This document shows positions 1 through 32,454 of a stretch of 64,000 bases of DNA, one piece after another. The DNA lies in the NCBI GenBank assembly GCA_040954595.2, contig CM082586.2:4347125-4411124 (forward strand), written 5' to 3'. Under the pieces are notes generated by a model. The model ran no database searches. It was not told the origin of the DNA and worked only from the letters and a program-made list of their open reading frames with translations. Positions within the stretch are counted from its first letter, which is position 1; each line of letters opens with the position of its first letter. A program made the position numbers and the translations under genes. Source of the stretch: Balanoglossus misakiensis. Lineage: Eukaryota; Animalia; Hemichordata.

Positions 1-597
1 AACTATAGCTTTGCTGTAGATACAAAGTTGAATTTGTTGTAGTGACAATAGGTGATATATAACACTTGTCTTAAATCTGTAGGCTGATTATATCTCAATA
101 AATAAGAATATATTCCAGCAAAATATGTATTTGTAGTGTATGCGGTACAATAGGATGAATTTTGTGACTGTATAAAGTGTATTGGTATAACACATACAAT
201 CCCACAAACTTTGTGTTACAAATGTTATTGGATAATTAAAGGTCTTTGATTAATGTGTGAGAAATGTTATCCAATGGTGTAATGTGTGAAGACAAAGATT
301 CTCCAACTTAATTATAAGTTCATAGTAGTGAAATAGGCATTGGTGACTTTTACACACAGCATGTGAAAGGTGTTGATGCCAAAACTATCCTCAGGAGAAA
401 ACCAGCAAAGCTATCACGGACCCACAGCCAACCCCCAAAACAGCAATAACTATCCAGTCTCCCTCATGTGCAAATTAGTGCTTTTTACATTTCCTTTTCA
501 CAAGCCCCCTTTTCAGTGAAACATCCATCTTGAATCAGATTGCAAGTTGTGTTAATAATGTGTGTGGTTTGGTTTGTCCAATATTTCTTTCCTACAG

Positions 598-1540
598 GGA
601 TATTTCATGAAGCCAACAGTGGTGACGGGATTGTCCGACAATTCACGCTGTATGCAAGAAGAGATCTTTGGTCCAGTGGTCTGCATTACACCGTTTGACA
701 ATGAGAAAGAGGTCAGTCTGTCTGGGTCATTGACTTTTTATCTAGGGTTAGTGAGTGGGTGGACCCCAAACTGGCCTGGACTGCACAACTATCTTGTTTA
801 GTTGGATGATGTATTGTTGCCATTTTAATGATAAAATTTGGAAACTATTTGCCATATCAGAGTAGTGACTAAAGGTACTTGATTTTGTAGGCAGTTCTGT
901 GTTGTACAAACAATTATCATATCTCTTGATACCTGCATGTGTGTGTAGATGGGTGCATTGGTATTTGCATGACTAGGCAGATGAGCGCTCATGTAACCTT
1001 TGACCCTTTCTACCTGTCAGGTGATCGAGAGGGCCAATGGTGTCAAGTATGGCCTGTCGGCCTGTGTTTGGACAAGTGACGTCGGAAAGACTCACCGAGT
1101 GGCACAGAAACTACATGTGAGTATTATTCACTGGCTGTTTATTTATCATGCTTCATCAACATAAAAACGTGCAAATGGTATTTAAATTATAAGCATATTT
1201 CGCAAGAGAGGATTTTGACCGCGAGTTGCCATTTTTCGCCAAGACGTGTTTCCTACATCAAGTGTCGGTATGAGACACTGTGAATAACCAAGGAGTGTGT
1301 GAGATTTAAATGCACTTATTGTCCCTAAAAGTAACTGGCATATTTTTTTATATCCAGGCCGGAACTGTATGGGCCAACTGTTGGTTTATCCGGGATCTGA
1401 ATATGCCATTCGGTGGAATGAAGTCCTCGGGAGTAGGCCGGGAAGGAGGCAAAGATTCCGTGGACTTCTACACAGAAGAAAAGGTCATCTGCATCAAGAT
1501 GTACAATCATGGGAAGATGATGTGGAAAATTTTAAAATAG
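598..1540 (+). CDS. ALDH8A1: Aldehyde dehydrogenase family 8 member A1 (2-aminomuconic semialdehyde dehydrogenase), last three coding exons; 5' part lies outside the window
   Basis: Exons 598-711, 1021-1116 and 1358-1540 with AG/GT boundaries, all phase 0. They give GYFMKPTVVTGLSDNSRCMQEEIFGPV...ANGVKYGLSACVWTSDVGKTHRVAQKLHAGTVWANCWFIRDLNMPFGGMKSSGVGREGGKDSVDFYTEEKVICIK. The EEIFGPV and PFGGMK motifs are ALDH; the NCW.RDLN.PFGG segment fits ALDH8A1. AATAAA at ~1708. Confidence 0.9.
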
Positions 1541-2069
1541 TACAGATAACCAATTCATTGTACATTGAAGACAGTTACTTCAACGTTAAAATAAAGTATA
1601 GATACTGAATTAAAATTATGTGATGGGATAGGGGTTCAAGTTATGTTTGGTGAAATATATGGTTTTTAAAAAATAATGTGAGTACATGTAACATGCATTG
1701 TTACCTTAATAAAGTTTGTTGAACACACTACCGTTATTAATTCAATTTTTTCATGTAAGTGTAAGGTCAGTGTCCCATAAATTTCATCCCTGTTAACTAC
1801 CAGCTGCCACACATGCACATCAGCTGTGCACTATGAATAAAACTGTCCAGATAAGGTTCAAAATAGCATACCATTGTTAAAGAAATGGCAATGGCCACAC
1901 TTTGAGGTCACTTTGCTGACCTAATGCATAGATGAGCTACCCAAATAAGTGACCTAGGTTGTTTTGGATTTCACAAAGTTGGCAACTACTGGGTCACGTT
2001 ATAAACAGCTGACAGACTATCATGTAGTCCTGACTTTAACAACGAGACATCAAAGCATATTCTGTAATA

Positions 2070-2470
2070 TTTAAACTAATACCAATTATTGTTTGATGGG
2101 CGTACAAACTGAGTTTCAAGTTATGTATAGCACGCCACGAACATCTGTGACACAAACCGTAACATTTTTATGCATGCATGCAGGCCTCGCTGAGTGATTA
2201 TAGCGCCCTCTATAGCTCTGTTTGTCAATTTATGGCAAATTTTATTTTGTTTACAACTTCATTGATTTTTCGACCACATCCACAAAATTGTATGAGTATT
2301 TGTCGTTCCAAACATAGAACCTGTGTACGAAATTTAATATTAACCTGTACGGCAGGTCTTGAGATATCATGTAAACAAGTACAACCGACAGACAGACACG
2401 CATGCTCACACTCACAGAGAAATTGATATAACTTTTACCCCCACGTGATCATATGATCACGTGCGTTGAT
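2070..2470. mobile_element. Probable non-autonomous Helentron/HINE (DINE-1-like) element remnant
   Basis: A short (GACA)n/CA tract at ~2387-2416 is followed by the perfect 22-bp palindrome CACGTGATCATATGATCACGTG (2442-2463). Microsatellite plus terminal hairpin is the layout typical of HINEs. Boundaries are approximate. Confidence 0.4.
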
Positions 2471-3267
2471 GATATAGAGAGCGTGGGGCGCCCTCCGTGC
2501 CCATTGTGTGCACATGGGCTCATTCTCCAACGAGTGTTGAAAGACAAATGTTGCCGTGTACACCAGACAATATTCAGGTAGGCCCTGTACGTTTCTTTAA
2601 ATGTTTTTGTGGGGGTAGGAGGAAAGAGAGGGAGAGGTTAAGATTGAATGATTAATTGATTCCCGATCTAAAAATAACAATTGAAACGACATATCTTAAA
2701 ACAGTTTGAAGTATGTATTATTGATCGCGTGCAGACATGAGGAAACAACACAAATTTGAATTATTCCCTAGCCCATTAGTGACGACAATCGTCTGTGGTA
2801 CTTCTTAAATACGTTATAACCATGTCTAAGTCTTGTTTCTGTCAAACATCTAGCTTCTTGAAACTTACGTAAGACAAATTGGTATCGGCTGTGTTCTTAC
2901 ATAGACGATTTAAAGGGCCAAAGTCGCCACGGGCGTTTAATGAAATACACGCTCATGTGTAGGACTATCCATTGGTTCTGCAAGTGGAGCATAATAGCAC
3001 ACACTACATGTAATTACCAGTATTGGAAGAGTTCCACAAATAATTCCAAGGTTAAGTGTTACCTAATGGTGGCAAAAATAACTTATATAGAACTAGACAC
3101 GGTACGTATAATGGGGGTGGTGGTCAAATCAAATTATAATAATTGCATTTAGAAAAAAAAGTAATTCGACGCCGACTTCTTTGTTTTTAACAGTTCTGGC
3201 TTTGTACTTAGCACACACAAAAACTTGTTCGGCAGTTTGAGCTGCAGATACAAAGTTTTTCTTGACG

Positions 3268-3340
3268 TTTTAGTCAACCTGGTTGATTCTTACCGACAGA
3301 AGTACGAGGATGTAAGGTTATATTGGGGCCATGAAAATGG
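3268..3340 (+). mobile_element. End of a MITE-like repeat family (same family as 19190, 21466-21688 and 43650)
   Basis: tagtcaacct...gaagtacgaggatgtaaggttatattggggccatgaaaatgg closely matches 21625-21697 and 43650-43703. Confidence 0.6.
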
Positions 3341-5065
3341 AACACCGCCATGAATATCATCACGTCAGTTCAGTTGGTTTGGGGCGTAAAATGAATACGT
3401 ACGAATTTCCATCCTGTATTCAAACAAAACTGTACATTCTGACGTCATCAAATCTGAATATTTTATACCTTAATCGAGTTGATTTTTTTGTTTTGCTTTA
3501 CGCTTAAGGGTAAAACATGGCAATACATACATTTTTAACTTGAGATGTTGAATACCACGATATTTATGTTTTGTTTAGTTCAAAAGCCCATGGCTCTCTG
3601 GCAAAAATATATATCATATGATGTGAATCATGTGAAACAGGAGCGACGTGTTATGTATTATTTACAAGATTAATATTGATGAAGTGGTAATATTAAATGT
3701 GGAGTCCAACAAGTCAGTTTGGAAACTTTGTCAAATTAATATTCTGAACAGGATGAACGAACGTTGACGGGTTGAGTGGAAACATTGTCTTTCGTTTTAT
3801 TTCAAGTTTTATAAATCAAGTGTTGATAAATATTCGCTCTAAATATATATCACGAATTTCTGATAAAAAAAAGCTCCGTGTTTAATCGAAGTTATCAAAT
3901 GTTTTCAAAGTTATTACAATGTACTCTGCAAGTGTTTGGAATTTCCGAATGCCTAGTGGATGTAAGCGCAGCAGTTACGCGGAAAGGTGAAAAGGTTCGC
4001 GCATTAAAGGATCAGCAGAGATCGGCAAATATATCATCCCAGAAATTCCTCAGCGACTAGACGAAAAAAAGCAACATCTTCTCCAGGAAGTCAAAGACCA
4101 GGAGGTGTCAGTCACGTCACGACTGCCTTGTCTTCACCAGACATCGCTGCTCAGGCGAGCCACCGAAGCCGAGTAGAATTTGAAATTTAATATGGTGGCA
4201 GATTTCTGCTGGGCAAGTAAATGATAGGGCATGCAGAAACACAAATAGGCTGAATTACCTTGATGCGTGGAATCACAAAGAAAAAATTAGGTTATTTCTG
4301 TATGTTACTATACTACAAATACTGAACGAAACATGAAAGTTTCAAACGTTTACGACAGTGAGAGACAAATGGAGACTTCCAGTTAGGACCCTAATACGTA
4401 CGCTTCAAAGCCAGGTGAAAGTGACCATAATTATCACTCAGTCGGTTTCCAGGTGTATCTGGACTTGTAATTTCGCGTGGGGGAGGTGGGGGGGGGCATA
4501 AAAATAAGACTACGCCACGCTCATTCTGAATTGCAGGATTTGCGGTGGTGGTTGGTACAAATAGCGAAAGAAAAAATACTAATTTTTCTAAAAACTCCGT
4601 TCAAGTGCGCTGTACACAATTATCTGTATCCTAATTAAAAGGAAAGTAATTATAGTCATGTTTTCATACATTACTTATTATTTCGCAAACAAAAAATGGA
4701 ATTACACTTAATTTCTTTAAATAGATAATGACGTCGCTCTATTGTCATCTTGGTAATGACTGTGGTCGGCTCTTTTAACGTGGTGGTGTAGTCCAGGAGT
4801 GACGACCCCGAATTGTGTATTGGCATCAGACGGATTGCCTGCTAAAGTGTGGTTTTTATCATTTTTTTCTAGGGGAGTGGACCCCTTGATGAACGCGTAA
4901 GTTAATTATTTAGCTTGGAGCCACTCCAGCGTGTCGAGGAAAACCGCGTTCCATTGACGACGCGACGCCACACACTCGCAGGTGGGCACTCCGCACTTCG
5001 GTCTTGCTTGCGCTAGCTGTTAGCTTTGAAGACACGCGGACACAGATTCGAGTCTCCGGGACACG

Positions 5066-22758
<17,693 letters not shown>

Positions 22759-24702
22759 ACGGCGTCAGTGATTTTTGAAAATATAACGGACCATTGTTTT
22801 GGAGTTTTTAAGGACCAACCTGGTGATATGTGCCATTCTTTCTGGCCTCATTTGCATGATCACATCGTGACTTTAATTCCTAGAGTTCTCACATAGACAG
22901 TACAATCAATGAAGTTCAGTGCAGCACACAAATGTTGATTTTTCGATCCTGCTTATCGATTACGTAATTAATCAGCTTCAGTATTTTGACAGCATCTGGC
23001 AGAATCAAGCTGTGGTAGAATGTTTTAATTGGAGTTCGTTAATGAGGAGTCATTTGCATAACTGTAAATACGTTACACATTTTCACACTTTTCCCCCAAT
23101 CAGTTTTACATTTACCAGAACAGCAATGTATCCAAATAAATGTCAGTGTTTCATTATAGCACATGTACAACACAAGTAAGTTATAAGGGTATATAAATAT
23201 TACGAGTCTGTTCCTGGATACAACATTTTACAGTCACCGCGATATTAAGTTCGATAGGTTGTATTTTAATATGAATTATTGAAATGGATTATACAAATAT
23301 TGTGCAAACAATTAATTGAAGCGGTCAAGCTGCTTAGCATAATAGAGCGGCTGTCGCAAGCGAGAGGGCGGTGCACAAGTTAATATCACCTAATATAATT
23401 ACATGCGCAAAAACACAAAACAAAACCAAAAGTTTGCCCCTTTCCCGTGCGAGTTCATGTCACGTTATCTTTAAGAAAGCGAGGTAGTTGGTTTTTGGAG
23501 GGGAATGCATCACCAAATTAAGCACAAAAATAAGATATTCAGCTTTTCACAAATGTATGGTTTGTGGGGATCCCAACATTTTGCCCGTAACGCGCATACT
23601 TCGCTGTAAAACTATCTTCTGCTATCTGTGAGTGCACATAAATTATTTAAAATAAATTAAAATAAAATTGATACATATCAGTGTAATTACGAATGCAACC
23701 ATGTAAATATTATGTTCTGAAATAAATACTTCAAAATGTACATATTTATGTTTCAATATGTATGTTTCAATGGAGTACATGTAGACACATTTATAAGGAG
23801 TAACGCTACGAGTAAAACACCTGTTTTTTGCTATATATAAATTTTGCTAGAACCGGTTTAAAACGTACAAGCTAAGATAATCTAACCTTCGTGATATTAC
23901 ATTGTCTTATATTTTTGCAATACATTTTATGTCTTTTTTCGTAACTGTACTGTAATCCTTCTGGATCTGATCGGGTTAAGTGTGTATTCATTATCTCCAC
24001 TATTTAAACATTCAAGTCCTGAATACCCAATGCAAATTGTGATTGCATAATATGACCACGGCAATACAGAGATTCGGTTGGCCGAAATACTCATACAACA
24101 GTATCATTCCAGATTTTTCTCTGAAAATAAATTTATATTAATTTCTGTTTTTAAAAAAATAGCTGCGTATGCATCTATACAATTCTCATGAGCCTCAGCA
24201 AACGCTTCTTGCTTGATGATTTGAACCTAGTTCTTGTAGCACTATCTGACCACAGATCTGGTTCGTATATATACACCGTGCACTTTGTATATGGTGCACG
24301 CAACTATGTACAAACTACTGTGCACTGTCATGTCATATGGACATGCTTTATTAGCTTGTACTTGTATAGAATGTAAAATAAAGTCTACACTAAGCAATTG
24401 TTAAACGCGTAATCCTTACAAAGAGTCACTTGTGATCGATGCGCTTGACCAGTCCAAGTTGTAAAGTCACAGGGATTTATTCAGAGAAATTTGGATATGG
24501 TAGAAAGTAAATGTTTCGTTGTCTACCAGCACCTGTACGATTCTAACCCTCCTCGCGCTAGACTACTTATTCACAGTAATTACACGCGTGATAAAATGCG
24601 CCCTCTGTTTGTGAACTCTTGTTTTGGTTAGAATCGTACCGGTAACAGAGGAAGAAAAATAAGATTGGTAGACAACTAACCTTTTTTTCTGTAATATTAC
24701 AA

Positions 24703-27474
24703 TTATCTACTTTCCTTGAATAAATCCCGGTACTGAGCCAAATTGTCTTCTTCCAATACTGAAGTCCCCATCCTACATCTATCGTAGCTATAATACAGCA
24801 TCACGGATATTGCAGCAATTACATGGAGCGAACCGGCCATGACGAAACACAGCTTGTAATCAGCAAAAAAATCATATATCCCACCTGAAAGAGAGAAAAA
24901 AAGAAATGAATCTCGCTGTTGCGATGACTTTCGGAATCTGTCACTCCAAGAGCCGAAAACACACTTTATTTTGAGCCTTATTCATTTCACTATAAATGTT
25001 ATTACATTTGAATGTTGTATGGTGATATACTAGTATACAAGAGACAGCAGACATGCAGAGATGTAGAAAGAAGGGCTTGATTGTTGGATTAGGTGATAGA
25101 TATAGTTAAAGGTAGATACAGACAGACAGACAGACAGACAGACAGAATACTAACTGGTATTTATAAACTATGATGATGTCATAAATAATGTTACCTGCAA
25201 TTGGCGGTCCCAGAAGATTTCCCAGACCAATTGAAACGTACCACCAACCAAGACCACTGGATAACTTCCGCGCACCAAGCTTTTCAGTCAAACACACAGG
25301 GACTACCGTCCAATGGACTCCGTAACAGAAACCAAACACTGCACACAAGATTGCATATATAGGATAACTCCGGCTTACTGGAACTAGTAATAGCGCGAGT
25401 CCTGCAAAGAAGACATGGCTGAAGTGCACCACAAACGACGAAAGTTTTCCAAAGGCCGCCATAATTCCACTGAGGGCGGTACCGACCAATGAACACGATC
25501 CGAGGATCGTCATCAACAGCGACGCCCTCAGTGGCGACACGCCCACAGCAGTAAGCATGGCGGCAAAATACATCAGGGCCGTGCAGGAAGAGATGGAATT
25601 AACGACTCCGGTGGAGAAGAACAGAACGAGACATCGATGCGAGTAAAACAGGCTCGCGCCTGATGTGGCGATACACAGAGAACATGCGTTGGTCAAGGTT
25701 TGTCGTTGCGCTGGAATTTTCACGGCTTGTTTCATTTCTTCAGTACCAGTCTTATCCTCGGTCGGATCACCATCATCGTCCGGCGGGGCTTCCTTTAAAT
25801 GCGACAACTCAAGGTTCTGGTCGTCGTATGCCCTGGAACTGTCACACCCGTCCACCTCGGATTTCTTGTCCGGCGGGAGAACTCGCCGTCGACTCTCGCG
25901 TGGTTCTCGCATCAGGCAGCCGCACGCAACGATATGCAAATTCACCCCGGATGCGACCATCAGCGCCCCCTTCCATCCGTACTTGTCAATGAGGACCTGG
26001 TAGAGAGGCGGCAGCGCCATCATGCCGACACCAACTCCCGCACCTGCTATTCCGTTCATGAGACTGAAGTACTTCCGGAAGTGCTTCCCGAGAATGACAA
26101 CGCTGGGACCATATGAAAGACCAGTTCCCACACCTGCGTCACGAATAAAGTTGAAGCGCAGGGTCTCACGAGCTATACAATATGACCAATTTCAAAAAGC
26201 TCTCCAGCATTCAATTATTTACGCAAATTAACTATTTCACATTATGTAATCTTCGGTTACATTTTCTTTGAGCAGCTGACTGATTGATTTGCTAATTGAT
26301 CGATTGATCTGTCACGTACATGCAATTGATTGATTGATTTATGGATTGACCGATTGTGCAGTAACGGTTAAACTCATATATTGGTAACATTTCTTGAGTG
26401 AAGGCCATCACATGTAACATGTAATGACAGTTACACAAGAGTCAGTGGCGTGCTTGATAAAAAAAAATATATTTTACCTGTGACCAATCCATAGGTTATA
26501 TACAGCATTTCAACGCTGGATGCAAATGTACTGAGAAAAAGACCAGCGCTTGACAGAAGTCCACCGGCAATCACAACAGGCCTAACTCCAAACCTGTTCA
26601 CAAGTACACTGACAAACGGTCCTTCAAGTGTCGAAGAAAAAGAAAGAAGGGGAGAGTAGAATATACAATAGTTAAATACAATGCCAAAATACGCGTAAAC
26701 AGCTTTAAATGAACACATATGTTATATCAATACAGCAGGGTGTTGTTGTAAAAAAAATCGCAAAAAATACCCATGGTATATACATATCTCCCGGCGAGGC
26801 ACGAAAATCCACCCCTCTCCCGTAAAACCGAACTGAACGGTCCCTAAATGCCTCTATATGTACGTGAATCAAACATCTACATGTATTACGTAATCAGCCT
26901 TCACACCACGGACGCACTACTGCAATAATCACATCTAAATAAAAATGGATGTATGCACTTATTATTCAAGTTCTCTCTCTCTCTCTCTCTCCCGTGGACG
27001 TATTGATCTAGTAGAAGCCAGTTTTATCAAGATCGGCCCAAGAACCTTTTTGGTGACACACAGACATTTTAAATCGATATCAGTTATGTCAATAATACAC
27101 CGTCACGGTGGAGTGACCGTGAACCGACGTGGTAAATTACGGAACGAATTTACAGACCTATTCTAGTACACTGAGCAATATACTAGTATTCTTGTTGTTT
27201 ACTGTCGTCAAATGTTATCCTACAGTCAGTGCTACGTGTACTCTCCATACAATGTGTGGAGGGCCTGTGGTCGGTACTTACCACTAAGAAGTGCAACGGC
27301 CTGGCCAGTTGCATACACAAAGCCCGTTTTACTGGCGCTTTCCTTGAAATAATTCATGTACTGGGTGTAGAAAACGCCCATGGAAAGAGTGCAGCCCAGG
27401 CTGAGCGACTGAACGATGTGGCTACACACAGCAACAACGATGCCATATGTATTCAGTTCGCGTTCCCCCATCAT
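24703..27474 (-). CDS. Monocarboxylate transporter (SLC16/MCT family, MFS)
   Basis: Exons 27474-27282, 26621-26478, 26133-25195 and 24884-24703, joined by phase-1 introns. Motifs: GPFVSVLVNRFGVRPVVIAGG, LYITYGLVTGVGTGLSY, YFSLMNGIAGAGVGVG, YGWKGALMV, NLHIVACGCLMR and LLGPPIAGGIYD. Twelve-TM MFS pattern with a large central loop. Confidence 0.9.
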
Positions 27475-28369
27475 ACTCGACAGTTTTGCACAGGCGATAA
27501 GAAAATCACACAGTTAATACGATTACATAACCTTGTGTCGGCGTCCACTGGAGGTCGTCTGTGAGAGGTGTACAAATATCGATACCTGGGGAGGGGCTGG
27601 AGGATTTTTATGATTTTTTTTGCAAGTCACCTGAATTGTTTGTCTTTACAGCACAACCAGAAACGTTTGATTCCAGAGAGACAAACAATTTCTGTAGGCC
27701 TAATCCATTCCACCGGTGTTCTAGAGCTGTCGTCTTGCATTTGTAAGAAATAAAGCCTACTAGCCTCTGCCATTGACTTGTTTCATAACTGAAGGATAGA
27801 GTTGACTTTTTAGATGGTCACATATCAACGTTGCGTGACTATTTTTGCCCATTGGTGATGCAGTGCATAGACCACTTCGCGGATAGGGTATCTGCAATGC
27901 ATGATGGTATAATTTGCGTTCAACATATAGCGTCTGGTACATGACTAACGTACGCGATCAGAACGCAAACTGTCCCACAACCCCCTGCGTTATTCTATCC
28001 GCGAGGTGGTCCATGGTTACATCACATTCCATAGCCTTGCGTGTATATTCTCACCTGGGGCCTGGAACCAGCCTATCAAAGCGTGACATGCGAAATGACA
28101 GTGTCGCCGGTCATTGGTTATATGACGTCGTCTTTCACGCATGGCATCTTTTGTGTCAAGACCAAAAAAGAAAGAACAGGTATTTAAACTGAAAGGGTCG
28201 ACCACTGTCACCTCGCGTAAGCCACTCTTATTTCAAAAGAAACTATTCAAGCGCCTCCCACAATGAAGCCTATTTTTGCACGGGTCCATGTGATTAATTC
28301 GCTTCCACAATTCCCTAAATAGTTCATTTTGTCTGCGCCATGCAGTGGACGAGTCAGTAGACAGTGGGA

Positions 28370-30332
28370 ATGGCCGGACAAGGGAGCGAATCCTTTCCAG
28401 TCGGGCAGGCAGTTCCCCCCAGCGGCGATTACGGCCCTCCGCCTTCCTTGACACGCGACGAAGCGAAGACACTATCGTCTAATCTCTACGGATTTCGAGT
28501 CGTACGCATCAGGGCATTGCCGAGCTTTGTGGACCAGAACTTCCATATTTCGGTTCAAACTGATTCGGGCGGCGGAGTTTCGGAGTTCATCATGAAGATC
28601 ATCAATGCTAAGGAGTCGGCAAACTTGGACTTCCTGCGTGGGAGTGTTGACATCTTACTGTACCTTAAGACGAACGGAATAAGGTGTCCCGAACCAGTTG
28701 AACTCTCAGACGGGGGTTTTCTTTCGTGGTACCGCTCGCCAGGTGAGTTGGGATGTTCCTACTGTCGCGAGTTTGCAGCGGTTTGCCAAGTACATTTTCA
28801 GCCCATCCTTGGCCCAGGTGCGCATTACAGATGTGTGCACCTGTTGAACCGTTGCGGAATGACCCGACGAATAATCAATAGCGCTAACCCCGGGAAAAGC
28901 TATCCAACAGCCCGGTACAGTGTTGCGCTCGGCACAGACACAGAGCGATGATATCAACATATTACTTACAGGCCCAAACATGCTAAATCACTTAGTCTAT
29001 GGGTCTTGCATGTTTATCCTAAAAATAACATTGTAAGCACATCGAGAAAAAGTCCATTTTTGTCATGATTTAGACTAAGTGTTCAGGTGTACCTTATCAA
29101 TGATTTTAAAAAAATGAATATTATACAATTAGCCAAGGAGCTAATTTCGCTCAAAAGTGACTTTTTAAGACAGTGCATAATTCTTGCCATTACAATATGG
29201 AACTCCAATCCCCTAAACAAATCATGTTACACAGCCAGGGTACTTGGACACGTGGGAAAATGAACATTACTCCTTCGTTCTTCTGACAACTAGCGAGATT
29301 TTACTTAAATTATATTGGTTGGCATGGCGAAATAGCACATGCGCAGTTCAGACGACCCTCCCCTTCATACCTTCACACTGGTGTATTTTCAGTATCTGGA
29401 AGTAAGCACGCCGTGTTCATGTTGACCTATGTGCCAGGCATTCCACTGTCCGAAGTCAAAGATGTTCCCGCGTCTCTGTATCACTCACTCGGCGTCTTTC
29501 TTGGCAAGATTGACAGTGCATTGCAGGTAACTATGTAATTGAATACAAGTTGTCTACTCGAGTCTTTGTCAAGACCTTCTAGACATCTGAAAATAAAGCG
29601 GTTTTTCATTCTTATTCAAATCAGAAATTTCATCACCAAGGGTTTCGAGACAAAGAGAGCATTTGGAGAATGGAGAGCATCCCTTTCCTCAGGGATTACT
29701 TGTCTGTCATTGATGACGAAGGCCGTCGGAAGTTAGTGACGTCAGCAGTGAAGTCGTTTGAAGACGATGTGGTACCAAATTATGAGAAACTTCGCCAAGG
29801 TAACTTCCATTGTCAAGTATACATTCAATTTCAGGGAGAAAAGTAGCCTATATTCCTATCCATTTCATAGCGCTACATGCGATACTAGTACCCCTCAAAC
29901 CCTTCTTACCGATTTCTCTTTATTTCAATAGGCATTATTCACGGCGATTATGATCCATACAACGTCATCATTGCACGACGCCATGCAGATGTGGATACTG
30001 GGTACTCCATTTCCGGTATAATTGACTTCGGAGACGCCAAATACTCGTTCTATCTCTTCGAGATCGCCGTCACGATCGCGCAGTTTCTCCTGATGATTGG
30101 TTCCGAAAACGCCAAGATGGCCGACCAAGTTCTCGTCGGATACGAGACTGAGTTCCCGTTAACCAGCCAGGAGAGGGCGCTGCTCAGCGTTTGCACTTTG
30201 GCGCGTCTTGCCCAGGTGGCCGTGCTGTCATCGTTTGAGCTACTCAGCCAACCAACGAATGAATATATCGAGAGTATAGCTTTGAAGGCCTGGCAAAGCT
30301 TGGAATACCACACGCACAAGCCAGTATGGTAG
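28370..30332 (+). CDS. HYKK: Hydroxylysine kinase (aminoglycoside phosphotransferase domain protein, AGPHD1-like)
   Basis: Exons 28370-28742, 29393-29526, 29625-29799 and 29932-30332, phase-consistent. Motifs: LPSFVDQNFHI, FIMKIIN, MLTYVPG, GIIHGDYDPYNVII, GIIDFGD, YLFEIAV and ARLAQ. Confidence 0.88.
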
Positions 30333-32454
30333 AATTGACCGCCATATAACAACACTGCCCTTTAATACTGGCCGAGCATAGGACGACTCCCTCCCTTTTC
30401 GTTCCCACAATTGTAACTGGCTGCAGGAAAGATAGCAAATAAAAAGATCATATTTTATTCCATTTACGTTTAAATCTGTCTTTATTTAAAAAAAAAAAGG
30501 AGATAAAAGACAAAAATGTTCCAGGCAGGATCTTGTGAATGTTCTATCGTGTCCTTCTCACATACACATTACATTTTCAATAATCGCTTTAATTTGTCCT
30601 GAGTTACTGTATCGTATTTTCCATAATCTTTGTATAAAACAGGGAAATATAAAGTTATTACAGATATTCACGTTCTCTGAACAGAGAATGTATACATGTG
30701 ACACGATGAATGACACATAAAAACTATGAGAATAACAGTACATGCACTTGTCCATAAAAATTTAATGTCCTCATTAACTTTGGTCAATAAGTTAAGCAAA
30801 GTTGCTACCATAACTAATAAATATTTCAAGGGGGAACAAGAGAAGTTTGCAAAGAAATAAAACAAGTACTATGTTTAATAAATTACTTCATATCAGTTTT
30901 AAGAAGTAAACACGCCAAATTTCTGTTCAAAGTACTCTTTAAATTGACAAAAAAACGTCTTGCAGCATACCTTGTCAACATTTCTATCGAACAAGCTTTG
31001 AATTTTGCATTGGGTTAGCTGTGTTTGCCTATTGTGGATAAGCGAGTGAATAAGTCAGTTTTGTAAGCACCAGGAGCAGGCCACTGTGTGAGTACTATTT
31101 TTTTATGCTTAAGCGTGCATCTTACCAAAAGTACTAAATAGTAGAACTTTGAAGTACATTAAAATAAATCATTTTAAAGGATATATTATGAAGAAAAAAA
31201 ATCAAGGATTTATCGTATATCAAAGGAAAGCACTGAGCTCCAGAAATATGAAAAACTATTTTCAGAAAATCTCACAAAACCTCTCTGATGTGTGACCAAA
31301 ATTAGTGCTTTCTTTGAATTACATTAAGGTTATATACTTTCATTTAAATTTTCTTTTTTTTCCCTTTCTGGTAGAGGTGTCATAAAATACTGGTTCTGTA
31401 AATTATATAGAAATCTGTCACATAAAATCAACAACAAACATATCACAGTAATAATATATTTGTATTCCAGTGAGAGATGTTTCCATGGTGATGTAAACAT
31501 CTTTGATATCATAGTCCGTCTTGCATTCTTGTTTACACTAGTCATTAGTCGACTCGCACCCACTCCAATGTCGTTTGATCGTATTCATTTTCTCACATTG
31601 ATACAACGAAAACAGTGATGGGCAGTTTTGTTAGTGACAGATGTTTATCAGTATTGTTCGTGTTTTTTTTTTCTGTCATCGAATACAATGGAACTCCTCC
31701 TGGTCATCTCTGCAACAAAAACAGACATTGCAGTATTTGTAAGACTCTCGGATTGTGCAAGCCCAGCTCTTCACTAAACAACACACGGCATCCAAAAGGA
31801 TACTTCCGCTGAAATGCAGACAGACATGTGCACAGTGATTCTTAAATGCTACACACACATGCGACAGACAAAAAGATTAATGATGTTAGTGGTTAGAGAG
31901 CACAGAAAAATTAGTGACAACGCGCTTATTAAAAATAATGTCGAACTAAACCAAGTTGATCCACATCCAGTCAAAATATGTCCACACTACTGCAAGATTA
32001 CAAAACTACATCATACACGCGTACAAGGCCAAAAGCGCCCTCAACAATTTTTTTGAAAATTATTTTGTTTAAGTCAAGCTAATCATGCACGTATTAAAAT
32101 ATGCTCTGGCCTGTTCCTATGTACAGCAGTATGTGTATTCTAAATTATTATGTAAATATATCTGTCGACAAGTTTCATGTCTTCACAGGGAAACCCTTAG
32201 TGAAACACATGGTATAAAAGCTGCATTCAAATGACACTGTGAAATCATGGAGTTGTAAAAGCATGCGTCAGAGATGAAGATGGCTGAATCAATGACAAGT
32301 TTGCATGACTGGCTGGCGAGTCATAGTTAAAGATGAATGTATGATAAATACAGTTCATGTACTCTTAATTGTCATGCAAAAACTTGTGTAAAATACACTG
32401 CATTGTGCAATATTACACAAATACAAAATGGGTATTTTTACGTAAAAAAAGGCA

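Noticed and set aside
25663-26231. Several plus-strand ORFs
   Set aside because: Antisense shadows of the GC-rich MCT exon; the same applies to plus-strand ORFs at 46624-47542 opposite mesh.
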